The position numbers and the translations under genes are program-made. From Candidatus Latescibacterota bacterium (GTDB taxonomy: Bacteria; Latescibacterota; UBA2968), in the NCBI GenBank assembly GCA_965222605.1, contig OZ244960.1:1216001-1280000 (forward strand): a DNA stretch of 64,000 nt. The letters are read 5' to 3'. Each line of letters begins with the position of its first letter. The first letter of the stretch is position 1. Under the pieces are notes generated by a model. That model saw only the letters and a list, made by a program, of their open reading frames with translations, did not search any database and was not told where the DNA came from. Positions 36,920 to 51,900 of this stretch are shown here, one piece after another.

Positions 36920-39900
36920 CTACCTGGTCCACCACCACACCCTCACGGGAATGGTCTGCGTAGCCGTTGTGCCATCCGTAGAGGTCGCTGTCACTATGAT
37001 CTGGCACTCCTTTATAAAAGGTTGTATCACCAGATCAGGGGGAACCTCGCTCGTCGCCTGGATTGTCACGTTTGAACCGCGCACTCTCACCGTGGCAACG
37101 TCTTCATCGGATGACGTTGCGCTGTAGGCGTCTATACGCTTGTTATACTTCACTTCGAAGTAGTCCGACATGTCCACAGTTGCCTCACTACTGAACCCTG
37201 GAAATGGCGATCTCACATGTAGGAGCACCCTATCAATGCTGTTCTTAGACAAAACAGTTGGCACTGAAAGCAACCACGTACCTTTAAGTGTTTGCCACTC
37301 TGATTTAAGATTATCAAGCCAAGCCGGAACGTTACCAAGACGCAATTCGAGTTGTGCTTCAAAAAGCGATTCGGGTTTAACCGCGCTGCCGTTGGATTCG
37401 AGAACTTCGAGGGTGCTTTCTCTAAAACTGGCTGAATCGCCGTGAAAACCAACAATAATAGGTTTCACATAATAACCATAACTTCCAGAACTCGGCCAAA
37501 AATTATAATATTTTTCACTACTGACATCATGCGTGAAATTCCAGATCACCAGATGCCTGTAGTGGTTTGGCATATCCTTTTCAGCACCACCACTTCCGTC
37601 CAGTTTGCCGCGATTAATGCGATCATACAGATTGGCATAGGGTCGGGAAGCATGGCAATCAATTGGCTGATCTCTACTCTGATCAGCACGCCAATAAACA
37701 TCACCAGTCGTGGAAGACATCACATTTATGCCATGGATGTGATCTGCGAGGTCTTCTACAAGCCCAAACCATATACCGTAATTACCCACAGACCTCATAG
37801 AATAATGGGCATCATTGCCTGCTGTCGTGACCTGATAAACGGAGATGGCTGCACTATCCTTAACTTGAAGAGCGCGATTGACGTTGACAAAGGAGAGACG
37901 CCGCGCCCAAGAATTGACGCATCCGCGAAACAAGACCAAACTCCAGCCACTATTATGCCTGTCATTTTTGTGATGTTCAAAATCCTCCAACCACGAACCG
38001 TGAAAACTGATGTCTTCAACCCCAACTTCCTCGAGAAGAGGCGAATAGTCCCGCACCGTCCAACCATGATCTGCTTCGATCCGAAGGGTATGTATAGGTT
38101 CATTCAGGCGCACCCGATTGTCCCGAATTTCGGCAATGCTGTGCTTTTCAGTCACAGCAACGTCACCCCATGAGTCGCGTTTCGAATATGGGGCAAAAAA
38201 CTCATTAGTGACTGTGTTACTTCTCATACTCAGCACAATCCACTGATCCACCCTGAGTTGGGACGTGTTCGCCACTGTGATCCAGAAGGTTTCTCGAGCA
38301 GCATCTTCTGTAATCCTGGCTAACTCGGTGCTCGTCTCGTTCCATTTTACCCAGTAACTGTGCGGCCAATTAGAGGGCTTAAAAGTGAACATATAGGGAT
38401 TTGTGTAAAGTGTACCGGGAATGGATGGGGGCAGGTGGTTTACCTGTCGTATGACCGTGCCTCCACTTTCACGGCCGCTTCCCCTCAGAACGATATTACT
38501 CTTGCCAATGTAGATGGGTTTGTTGATCATATTGCCTTCGCCATCATCTTCTTTATCAGTATTGGTACTGACCAAAAATTCACCGGGTGGAAAAAAGATA
38601 ATACCACTGCCGTTGGCCTCTGCCGCATCAATGGCAGCCTGAATAGCACTCTGGTCAGACATATTATCATTGGGTACAGCACCATAATCTGTGACGGCGA
38701 ACTGTTGATGCGTGACATTGGGAACAGGTCTTTCAAAATAGTGATATCCCGAGTAGGAAAAATCGGGTAAAATGGGTTGTCTCTTATTCTTTTTGGCCTC
38801 CATAAAATCTGCCCAGGTGAACGATATATCATCTGCTGAAACCGAATGGTTTTGCGCCCATTCTCTGGCGAGTACCTCTTTTTCACGCTGATTGCCAAAT
38901 TCCTCCCAAGTAACACTTTCATCACCATTGAAGTCCGCTTTCAAGACGGGTAATTGGTCCGATGTCCCAAAGGTCCAGGGGGCGTCAGTGTTACCATCAT
39001 TATCTACATCTTCATCGTCCCAGGTCACGTAAATGGTCGGGTTCGCATCGGTCGGAGATCTCATCTCTGATAGCCACTTCCGCCATATTTCTATTGCTGT
39101 TCCATCACCAACGCCATCCGATCTGTAGCCATTTCTTTCCTGCCAGTAGTTGTCGCTAAAAGTTGTTCCTGAACGGGGATCACTCGCCCCGCCGAAAAAT
39201 CCACCAACACGACCACTCCTATTATCCCACACCCTACAAGTCGTGTAGCATATTCTGACGGTGCCAGTATCATTGTTCCACCCAACTAAACCACCAGCGT
39301 TCCTTGAGGTATTCACTATCCCCGTTGAATAGCATGCCATCAAAGTACCGTCATTCTGCCCAACCAGCCCACCTCCGTTCTCGGCATTGTCCACACTCAC
39401 ATTTGCATAGCTCGTGTAAATTCTGCCTTCGTTAAACCCTACCAGACCACCAACCACCCCACCACCCCCCACTTGTCCCGTCACATAACACACAAAAACC
39501 TTACCAGTCATATGACCGACCAAGCCACCAACCCATTGGCGGCCCGTCACATTGACCCCGACGAGTCCCACGTTTTTGATCTCGCCTGACGACTTGCCAA
39601 ACAAACCTGCTTCGTAGCTGTCTCGTTGAATGAACAGATGGGAAATGGTATGACCATTCCCGTGAAACGTAGTCGTGAATAAGTCTGAAGCGGTCCCTAT
39701 TGGCTCCCATCCATCACTTGATTTTATGGTCCAATCTGTGTTCACACTCCCTGAAGCATAGCTATCTGAGTCATTGAAATCCAAATCCTTCGTTAGTTCG
39801 TAGCCCGTGCAGATAGACGGACAGCCCATCCCAGAAGGCGCAAGGGGAAATGCCAAATCATAACTATTCGCATTGTTCGCATCGTCAACTGCGCCGTTAC

Positions 39901-42900
39901 CATCCAGGTCATAGCGGATGGCGTTTAGCTGCTCCAGGTTGGATACCTCAATGAGGCCATCATCGTCATCGTCGTAGTCGTCAAATAACGTCGCTCCTTC
40001 CAGTTCAGACCATTCTCCCTGCCCTTCTCCATTCGTTGCCCGCACCTGAACATCATATTCCGTAGCTGCATCCAAATCAATGAGTGTCAAGTACGCAGCC
40101 TTACCTGTATAATTCCCATTAGAAAACACACCCAATCTACGGAATCTATATTGCACTTCGTAATCGGCAATATCAGCCCAATGAATTGTATTTGTAACAT
40201 CGTCCGTCCAATATATCCTATACCTTCCGCCATCGAGAACAATATCCTGCGAAGATAAAAGTTCTGAGGTAATAAAATCTTCAACATTGCTTCCGTCAAG
40301 ATCAGCACGCCGAATTACATTTCTATTGCTACGGTCCGTCCAATACACCTTATCCCCGAACAAGTCCAATGCAATTTTATCTGCATTTATTCTACCTGAT
40401 CCGCCCGCATCGTTGCTCATAACAATATCTTCGATATTACTCCCATCAAGGTCAGCACGTCGAACTTTCCGATCAATATGATTATTCGTCCAGTAAATCT
40501 TGCCCCCTGAAACATCCAACGCAATATCCCGTGGAAAACCAACATCAAGGATAATTTCACTATTACTCCCATCAAGGTCGGCACGTCGAACACCATTCAC
40601 GATGTTCAAACCCTCGCTATGTGTCCAATAAATCTTGCCCCCTATAATATCCAATGCGATGTTCGCCACAACAGTTGGCCACCCTGTAGGCACAATATCT
40701 TCGATATCGCTTCCGTCAAGGTCAGCACGTCGAACTTTACCCGCTTCTGTCCAGTAAATCTGGCCCCTTACAAAATCCACCGCAATGTCTCCAGGACTAT
40801 TCAACCCCGTAGTAATAATGTTTTCAATATTGCTTCCGTCAAGATCAGCGCGTTGTATTCTGCTTCCGCCACTATCTATCCAATATATTTTATTTTTCAA
40901 CAAATCCAACGCAAGATCACGCGGCTCAGCCAGCGGAGTAGATAACTCATACGCCATAGCCATCATCAAGCTATTCCAAGTTGACCCCGTTACCTTCAGT
41001 TCACTAAGCGCAGGTGCCGTCACATCCGAAACAGTAACGGTAATCGCCTGTTCTGTCGTCAATGATTGATCCCCTAAATTATTTGTCGCCGTGACCTCAA
41101 CGATATATGAGTTATCCATATTATCATCCGACGCCATTTCATAGTCCGGTGCAGTCTTGAAGGTCAACAAATCTATATCTGAAAAAAATGAAAACTTATC
41201 CGCATCAACTCCACCCGTAATGGCGTAACTACTCGCATTACTCGCGGATACTATACCCACAAAAGGATTGTTTTCACCTACATCAAAACTCGTAACATTG
41301 AAAGACGGCGAAACCCTTTCTCTCGTCATACCTTCACCCGATTGAGACCATCCACCCTCCGCTTCCGAACTCACTACACGCACCTGTATATCATACTCAG
41401 TATTGCCATCCAAACCTACAATCGTCATAGTGTTATCCGTACCCATATAATCCGCATCGGCAAATGTATTCGCCCCACTAATGCTATATTGCACATCATA
41501 GTCAATATCAAGATCAGCACGTCCAATCTTACGCGTCCCACCATCCGACCAGTATATCTTGTTCCCCGCAACATCCAACGCGATACCCCGTGGATTATCC
41601 AACCCCATAGTGATAACATCTTCAACATTGCTCCCGTCAAGATCAGCACGTCCAATCTTACGCGTCCCACCATTCGACCAGTATATCTTGTTCCCCGCAA
41701 CATCCAACGCGATACCCCATGGATTATCCAACCCCATAGTGATAACATCTTCAACATTGCTCCCGTCAAGATCAACTTTCCGTATCTTATCTGTCCCAAC
41801 ATCCAACCAGTATATCTCACCATGCAATATATCCAACGCGATACCCCGTGGATTATCCAACCCCATAGTGATAACATCTTCAACATTGCTCCCGTCAAGA
41901 TCAGCATACCGAATCTTATTTGCATTACTATCCGTCCAATATATTTTTCCCCCTGCAATATCCAATGCAATACCCTTCATAGAACCCGACGTAACAATAG
42001 TTTCCACATTACTCCCATCAAAATCGGCTCTCTGTATTCTATTCGGACTGGTCTCCGCCCAGTATATCTTCTCCTCAGAAGTATCCAACGCAATATCCAG
42101 TAGATATCTATCACCGATAACCTCTTCAACATTACTCCCATCAAAATCAGCTCTCCATATTCCCGATAATCCGTCCGCCCAGTATATCTTCTCCTCAGAA
42201 GTATCCAACGCAACCGCAAGCAACCCCTGAGCCTGAGAATCAAATTCAAATTTTGCGGTCTCCCATGTTACCGTCACACTGCTTGGCGTTGTCTCCGTAA
42301 CTATTGGGGCATTCGGTATCTCCGGCACATGGCGCACATCCACAACGACAACTTCAATCGTATCCGTCGCGGTCAGTGTCCGAACACCCGCACCACTTGT
42401 CGCCATAACCACCACTATATATTCATTGTCTTCTACACCACTAACAGGCATAATGCTTTCAACATCTGTGGGTAACTCATAATTTGGAGCAACTTTAAAT
42501 CGTAATGCACCTGTACCTGAAACAATTGAGAAATGGTCTTGATCAGCACCGCCAACAATCGCATAACCTGTAACGCTATCCTCACTATCAGCATCATCAG
42601 CGACGACTACACCCACATTTATCTTATTTTCCAGTATGTCGAACCTCGCGATACTGGTGAAAGACGGTGCGCTGTTCTGCGTTGTTATCCCTTCAACTGT
42701 ATCTGACCACGCACCTGTACCTTCATCATTCTCTGCGCGCACCTGTATATCATAGCCCTTGTTCTGCGCCAAGCTACTAATCGTGTATTCAAGACTGCCA
42801 CTTGTCCAGGCATCTGTAACCACTGTCCACCTGGTATCATCTGCTTTATCTGTTGCACTTGCATTACTGGGAATATGGCGCACATCATAGGCACTGATCG

Positions 42901-45900
42901 CTGGCCCTGTATTATCAGGTACTGTCCAACTCACCTTCAGACTGTTAAGCGTCACTGCTGCTATCGTCGGAACAGATGGCTTACCTGGTGCTTCGTTCAC
43001 ATCACTCACTGTCACAGTAAGCGTCTGTGTCGTTGTCAGAACACGATCACCTGCCCCACCCGTCGCTGTAACGATCACGATGTATTCATTGTTATTGGCT
43101 GCATTGGCTGGGTCTGCGCTGACAACATCCTCTGGACGTTCATAATCCAGCGCAGTCTTGAAGCTCAACACGCCCGTATTTGAAACAATCTCGAACTGAT
43201 CCTTATCTACACCACCTGTGATAGCATAGCCTGTGATAGTGTCATCACTATCGGCATCTGTCGCTGTCACTGTCACAACCGATGTGCTGTTCTCATTCAC
43301 GGAGATCGCTGATACGCTTGTGAACACGGGTGCTACATCGGCCTTTGTCGTCCCTGCAACGGAGGTTGACCATCCACTCGTCCCTTCATCATTACTCGCA
43401 CGCACTTGAATATCATAACCTGTGTTCTGACTTAGGCTGCCAATCGTGTATGCAAGATTACCTCCATTATTACTCGTCCACGCATCCGCAACCTCTGTCC
43501 ACTTCGTATCATCTGCCTTATCAGAGGTACTGGCACTACTGAGGATGTAGCGCATGTCATAACTACTAATATCAGGACCTGTGTTCGTCGGCGCGCTCCA
43601 CTGCACCTTCAGGCTATTCAATGTTACTTCTGCCACTGTCGGGGTATCAGGCACACCGGGTGCTTCGTTCACATCACTCACTGTCACCGTAAGCGTCTGT
43701 GTAGCGGTCAACGCACGATCACCTGTACCACTCGTCGCTTCTACCACCACAATGTACTTATTATTCTTCTCAGCATTGGCTGGGTCTGTGCTGACAACAT
43801 CCTCTGGACGCTCATAGTCCAGCGCAGTCTCGAAGCTCAACACGCCGGTCTGGTCATCAATCTCAAACTGGTCCTTATCTACACCCCCCGTAATCGCATA
43901 GCCCTTGATGCTATCATCGTTATCAACATCTGTCGCTGTCACTGTCACAATAGCACCTGTGCTGTTCTCATTCACGGAGATCGCTGATACGCTTGTGAAC
44001 ACGGGCACTACATTGGCCTTTGTCGTCTCTGCAACCGACGACGACCAACTACTCGTCCCTTCATCGTTCTTTGCACGCACTTGAATATCATAGCTTGTAT
44101 TCTGACTCAGACTACCAATCGTGTATGCAAGATTACCTCCATTATTACCCGTCCACGCATCCGCATCCACCGTCCACTTGGCGTCATCTGCCTTATCTGT
44201 CTCACTGGCACTGCTGAGGATATAACGCACATCATAAGCACTGATCGCAGGTCCCGTGTTCGTCGGGGCTGTCCAACTGATCTTTAAACTATTAAATGTC
44301 GCCTCTGCTACTGTCGGTGCTGAAGGCGTGCCAGGGACTTCTGTCTCATCTGTCACCGTCACGGTAAGCGTCTGCGTCGCTGTCAACGCACGATCACCCG
44401 CACCACTCGTCGCTTCTACAATCACGATGTATTCATTATTACCCGCTACATTGGCTGGGTCTGCAACCGCGACATCAGTGGGCGACTCATAGTTCGGGGC
44501 CACATTGAACGTCAGCACACCGGTTGCTTCCACAATAGAGAACGCTGACCCATCTGCGCCACCTGTAATCTCATACCCTGTGATCGTATCATCTGTATCT
44601 GCATCCGTCGCACTCACCGTGACAATAACCCCTGTGATGTTCTCACTGACTGACAGAGGCTGGACAACCACGAAGACTGGGGCCTGATTCTGCGTGGTCA
44701 TACCAGCCTTTGTAGCTGACCAATCACTGGTCCCCTCATCATTCTCTGCGCGAACCTGCACATCATAGCTTGTGTTCTGACTCAGACTACCAATCGTGTA
44801 TTCCAAAGAACCACTCGTCCACGCATCTGTCACCTCTGTCCAATTGCTATCATCTGTTTTATCTGTGTCACTCGCACTGGTCAAGATATAACGCACATCG
44901 TAGGCACTAATATCAGGACCCGTGTTCGTCGGCGCACTCCAACTGATCTTCAAGCTGTTAAACGTCGCTTCTGCTATCGTCGGTGCAGCAGGCGCAGCAG
45001 GCGGTTCAGTCACATCTGTCACTGTGATGGTAAGCGTCTGTGTTGCTGTCAGTTCCCGATCACCTTCACCACTCGTCGCTTCAACGAACACAATGTATTC
45101 ATTGTTGTCCGCATTATTCTCAGGATCAGTTACTGCTACATCCTTTGGATCCTCATAATTGGGCACTGCCTTGAACGTCAGCACACCGGTAGATGCTCCA
45201 ATAGAGAACTGCTCCCCATCCGCGCCAGTAGCAATCCCATAACTTTCTATATCATCACCCGTATCTGCATCACTCGCCGTCACCGTCACGATATCCGCCG
45301 TGCTGTTCTCACTCAGAGTGAACGATGATGCACTCGTGATAACTGGTGCGACATTGGCCTGTGTCATACCTGCAACAGTATCTGACCAACCACTGGTCCC
45401 TTCATCATTCTCTGCACGCACCTGCACATCGTAGCTTGTGTCCTGGTCCAGACTGCCAATCGTGTATTCGAGATTACCACCATTACCACTTGTCCACGCA
45501 TCCTCAACCTCTGTCCAGTTGGCATCTACATTCTCATCTGCACTGGTCGGAATGTAGCGTATATCATAACTACTGATCGCAGGTCCCGTGTTCGTCGGCG
45601 CACTCCAACTCACCTTCAGGCTATTAAATGTGGCTTGTGCTATCGTCGGGGCTGCGGGCTTACCGGGTGCCTCATTGTCCTGATCCGTCACGGTGATGGT
45701 AAGCGTATCTCTTGCCGTCAACGCTCGGGCATTCTCCCCACCTGTCGCTTCAACAATCACGATGTATTCATTATTATCCGCTGCATTGTCATTATCTGAA
45801 TTGTTCGCATCAGTAAAAGCCACATCCTCAGGATCCTCATAGTTTGGGGAGGACTTGAACGTCAATACACCGGTCGCTTCACCAAGAGAGAACTGTGACC

Positions 45901-48900
45901 CATCTGCACCAGTAACAATAGCATAGCCGGTGATATTATCATCACCATCTGCATCCGTCGCAGTGACTGTCACAATGGCTCCTGTGCTGTTCTCATTCAC
46001 TGACTGCGGCTGGACAACCACGAAGACTGGGGCCTGATTCTGCGTGGTCATACCAGCCTTTGTAGCTGACCAATTACTTGTCCCTTCAGCATTCTCTGCG
46101 CGCACTTGTACATCATAGCTCGTGTTCGAAGACAGGTTCTCTATTGTGTAGGTCAGATCACCACTCGTCCACGCATCATCCTCCACCGTCCAGTTGGCGT
46201 CCACGTTCTCATCCTCACTGCTGAGGATATAACGCACATCATAAGCAGTGATAGATGGTCCTGTGTTCGTCGGCGCACTCCATTGCACTTTTAGGCTATT
46301 AAATGTCGCTTCTGCTATCGTCGGGGTGGCAGGCGTGCCTGGTGCTTCGCCAGCCACATTACTCACTGTCACTGTAATCGTCTGCGTTGCCGTCAACTCA
46401 CGATCACCCACACCACTCGTCGCTTCTACAATCACGATATACGCGTTATCCGTATCACTATCCCCTGGACGCTCAAAGTCCGGCGCAGTCTTGAAAGTCA
46501 ACGCACCGGTCTGGTCATCAATCTCAAACTGAGACTCATCTGCGCCACCTGTAATCTCATACCCTGTGATATTGTCGTCCGTATCACTGTCTGCTGCTGT
46601 CACTGTGACAACATCTGCTGTGCTGTTCTCACTCACTGAAATCGTTGACGTACTCGAGATGACTGGTGCGACATTGGCCTGTGTCACACCTGCAACAGTA
46701 TCTGACCAGCCACTGATCCCTTCATCATTCTCTGCACGCACTTGCACATCGTAGCTTGTGTTCTGGTCCAGGCTACTAATCGTGTATTCGAGATTGCCAC
46801 CATTACCACTTGTCCACGCATCCTCAACCTCTGTCCAGTTGTTGTCATTTGCTTTATCTACGTCACTTGCACTACTGAGGATGTAACGCACATCATAAGC
46901 AGTTATAGATGGTCCTGTGTTCTCAGGGGCGGTCCATTCTACCTTCAGGCTATTAAACGTCGCTTCTGCTATCGTCGGCGTAGCAGGCACACCGGGTGCC
47001 TCTGTCTCCACATCACTCACTGTCACGGTAAGCGTCTGTGTTGCTGTCAGTTCCCGATCACCTGCACCACTCGCCGCTTCTACAATCACGATGTATTCAT
47101 TATCACCCGCTCCACTTGCTGGGTCTGCAACCGCGACATCAGTGGGAGACTCATAGTTCGGGGCTACATTGAACGTCAGCACACCGGTTGCTTCCACAAT
47201 AGAGAACGCTGACCCATCTGCAGCGTCAACTATCCCATACCCTGTGATGTCGTCCTCAGCATCATCGTCCGTCGCACTGACTGTCACAATGGCTGTGATG
47301 ATGTTCTCACTCACGGTGATCGGCGCGACAGCAGCGAAGACCGGTCCCTGGTTTTCTACCGTCACCCCTGCAACAGTATCTGACCAGCCACTTATGCCTT
47401 CATCATTCTCTGCGCGAACCTGCACATCATAGCTTGTGTTCTGGTCCAGGCTGCCAATCGTGTATTCCAAAGAACCACTCGTCCACGCATCTTCTACCAC
47501 CGTCCAGTTGGCGTCATCTGTCTCATCTGCATTCGTCAGGATATAACGCACATCATAGGCACTAATATCAGGACCCGTGTTCGTCGGCGCACTCCATTCC
47601 ACCTTCAGACTATTAAACGTCGCTTCTGCTATCGTCGGCGTAGCTGGCTGATCCGGTGCCTCATTCACATCCGTCACGGTCACTGTAATTATCTGTGTTG
47701 TTGTCAACTCACGATCACCCGCACCACCCGTTGCTTCAACGAACACAATGTATTCATTGTTGTCCGCATCATTCTCAGGATCAGTTACTGCTACATCCTT
47801 TGGATCCTCATAATTGGGTGATGCCTTGAATGTCAGCACGCCCGTCGCTTCAACGATGGAGAACTGTGACCCATCTGCACCGGTAATGATCGCATACCCT
47901 GTGATGCCGTCATCCTCATCTGCATCTGTTGCTACTACTGTGCCAACTGTTGTGGCTGTCGTGATGTTCTCCGATACGGTGAACGATGAGACACTTGTAA
48001 TGACTGGCGCCTGGTTCTGTATCGTTGTCCCTGTCACCGATGAAGACCACGCGCTTGTCCCTTCATCACTCTCTGCACGCACTTGCACATCGTAGCTTGT
48101 GTTCTGGTTCAGGCTGCCAATCGTGTATTCCAAAGAACCACTCGTCCACGCATCTTCAACCTCTGTCCACTTCGTATCATCTGTCTCATCTGCACTGGTT
48201 AGAATGTAGCGTATATCATAAGCACTGATCGCAGGTCCTGTGTTCGTTGGGGCGGTCCAACTGTTCTTTAAACTATTAAACGTCGCCTCTGCTATCGTCG
48301 GTGTAGCAGGCTGACCCGGCGCCTCGGTCACATCGCTCACAGTGATCGTCAGTGTATCCCTTGCTGTCAGCGCTCGACTATCCGCACCACCCGTCGCCTC
48401 AACGAACACAATGTATTCATTGTTGTCCGCATCATTCTCAGGATCAGTTACCGCTACATCCTTTGGATCCTCATAGTTGGGGGCTACCTTGAAGGTCAAC
48501 ACGCCAGTAGATGCACCAATAGAGAACGCTGACCCATCTGCACCTGTAGCAATCCCATAACTTTCTATATCATCATCTGTATCAGCATCACTCGCCGTCA
48601 CCATCACGATATCTGCTGTGCTGTTCTCACTGACTGTAAACGATGATGCACTCGTAATGACCGGAGCCTGATTCGCACTCGTTGTCCCACTGACCGTATC
48701 TGACCATGCACCCGTCCCTTCATCATTCTCTGCGCGAACCTGCACATCGTAGCTTGTGTTCTGGTCCAGACTGCCAATCGTGTATTCCAAAGAACCACTC
48801 GTCCACGCATCCTCAACCTCTGTCCAGTTGGCGTCATCTGTCTCATCGGCACTGGTCAGAATGTAGCGCACATCGTAGGCACTAATCGCAGGTCCCGTGT

Positions 48901-51900
48901 TCGTCGGTGCGTTCCACACTACCTTTAAGCTATTAAACGTTGCTTCTGCTATCGTCGGTGCTGAAGGTGTGCCAGGGACTTCTGTCACATCTGTCACTGT
49001 CACGGTAAGCGTCTGTGTTGCTGTCAGTTCCCGATCACTTGCACCACCCGTCGCAGAGACCACCACGATATATTCATTATTACCCGCTACATTGGCTGGG
49101 TCTGTAACCGCGACATCAGTGGGCGACTCATAGTTCGGGGCCACATTGAACGTCAGCACACCGGTTGCTTCCATAATAGAGAACGCTGACCCATCTGCAG
49201 CGTCAACTATCCCATACCCTGTGATGTCGTCCTCAGCATCATCGTCCGTCGCACTGACTGTCACAATGGCTGTGATGATGTTCTCACTCACGGTGATCGG
49301 CGCGACAGCAGCGAAGACCGGTCCCTGGTTTTCTACCGTCACACCTGCAACAGTATCTGACCAGCCACTTATGCCTTCATCGTTCTCTGCGCGCACTTGC
49401 ACATCATAGCTTGTGTTCTGACTCAGACTGCTAATCGTATATTCAAGAGTACCACCATCACCACTTGTCCACGCATCCGCATCCACCGTCCACTTGGCGT
49501 CATCTGTCTCATCTGCACTGGTCAGAATATAGCGCACATCATAGGCACTAATATCAGGACCCGTGTTCGTCGGCGCACTCCATTCCACCTTCAGACTGTT
49601 AAATGTCGCCTCTGCTATCGTCGGGGCATCGGGTGTGCCGGGAGCCTCTGTATCCACATCCATCACTGTCACCTTGATCGTATCCATTGCCGTCAGTGCG
49701 CGCGCACCTGCACCACCCGTCGCAGAGACGATTACGATATATTCATTATTGCCTGCAACATTGTCATTGGCAGAATTGTTCGAATCGGTAAATTGAACAT
49801 CCTCAGGAGCCTCATAGTTGGGGGCAGTCTTGAAGGTCAACACGCCAGTAGATGCACCAATAGAGAACTGTGCCCCATCTGCATCGTCAACAATAGCATA
49901 GCCGGTGATATTATCATCCTCATCTGCATCCGTCGCAGTGACTGTCACAATGGCTCCTGTGCTGTTCTCATTCACTGACTGCGGCTGGACAACCACGAAG
50001 ACTGGGGCCTGATTCTGCGTGGTCATACCAGCCTTTGTAGCTGACCAATCACTGGTCCCCTCATCATTCTTCGCGCGTACCTGCACATCGTAGCTTGTGT
50101 TCTGGTCCAGACTGCCAATCGTGTATTCCAAAGAACCACTCGTCCACGCATCCTCAACCTCTGTCCAGTTGGCGTCATCTGTCTCACTTGCACTCGTAAG
50201 AATGTAACGCACATCGTAGGCACTAATGGTAGGACCCGTGTTCGTCGGTGCGTTCCACACTACCTTTAAGCTATTAAACGTTGCTTCTGCTATCGTCGGT
50301 GCTGAAGGTGTGCCAGGGACTTCTGTCTCATCTGTCACTGTCACGGTAAGCGTCTGCGTTGCCGTCAACTCACGATCACCCACACCACTCGTCGCTTCTA
50401 CAATCACGATGTATTCATTATCACCCGCTCCACTTGCAGGGGCTGTGCTAACAACATCAGTAGGTGCCTCATAGTTGGGTGCTACCTTGAAAGTCAACAC
50501 ACCCGTCGCTTCAACGATGGAGAACTGTGACCCATCTGCACCGGTAATGATCGCATACCCTGTGATGCCGTCATCCTCATCTGCATCTGTTGCTACTACT
50601 GTGCCAACTGTTGTGGCTGTCGTGATGTTCTCCGATACGGTGAACGATGAGACACTTGTAATGACTGGCGCCTGGTTCTGTATCGTTGTCCCTGTCACCG
50701 ATGAAGACCACGCGCTTGTCCCTTCATCACTCTCTGCGCGAACCTGCACATCGTAGCTCGTGTTCTGGTCCAGGCTACTAATCGTGTATTCGAGATTGCC
50801 ACCATTACCACTTGTCCACGCATCCTCAACCTCTGTCCAGTTGGCGTCATCTGTCTCATCCACACTGGTCAGGATATAACGCACATCATAACCACTAATA
50901 TCTGGTCCTGTGTTTGTCGGTGCTGTCCATTCTATCTTCAAGCTGTTCACCGTTGCTTCTGCTATCGTCGGGGCAGCAGGCGTGCCAGGGACTTCTGTCA
51001 CATCACTCACCGTCACTGTAAGCGTCTGCGTTGCCGTCAACGCACGATCACCCACACCACTCGTCGCTTCTACAATCACGATGTATTCATTATTACCCGC
51101 TACATTGGCTGGGTCTGCAACCGCGACATCAGTGGGCGACTCATAGTTCGGGGCTACATTGAACGTCAGCACACCGGTTGCTTCCACAATAGAGAACGCT
51201 GACCCATCTGCAGCGTCAACTATCCCATACCCTGTGATGTCGTCCTCAGCATCATCGTCCGTCGCACTGACTGTCACAATGGCTGTGATGATGTTCTCAC
51301 TCACGGTGATCGGCGCGACAGCAGCGAAGACCGGTCCCTGGTTTTCTACCGTCACCCCTGCAACAGTATCTGACCATGCACCCGTCCCTTCATCATTCTC
51401 TGCTCGCACTTGCACATCATAGCTCGTGTTCTGGTCCAGGCTGCCAATCGTGTATTCGAGATTGCCACCATTACCACTTGTCCACGCATCCGCATCCACC
51501 GTCCATTTAGAATCATCTGCCTTATCTGTCTCACTTGCACTGCTGAAAATGTAACGCACATCATAAGCACTAATATCAGGACCCGTGTTCGTTGGCGCAC
51601 TCCATTCCACCTTCAGACTATTAAATGTCGCCTCTGCTATCGTCGGTGTAGCTGGCTGACCCGGCACCTCGTCATCCTGATCCGTCACGGTGATGGTCAG
51701 TGTATCTCTTGCCGTCAACGCTCGGGCATTCTCCCCACCTGTCGCTTCAACGAACACAATGTATTCATTGTTGTCCGCATTATTCTCAGGATCAGTTACT
51801 GCTACATCCTTTGGATCCTCATAATTGGGCACTGCCTTGAACGTCAGCACACCGGTAGATGCTCCAATAGAGAACTGCTCCCCATCCGCGCCAGTAGCAA

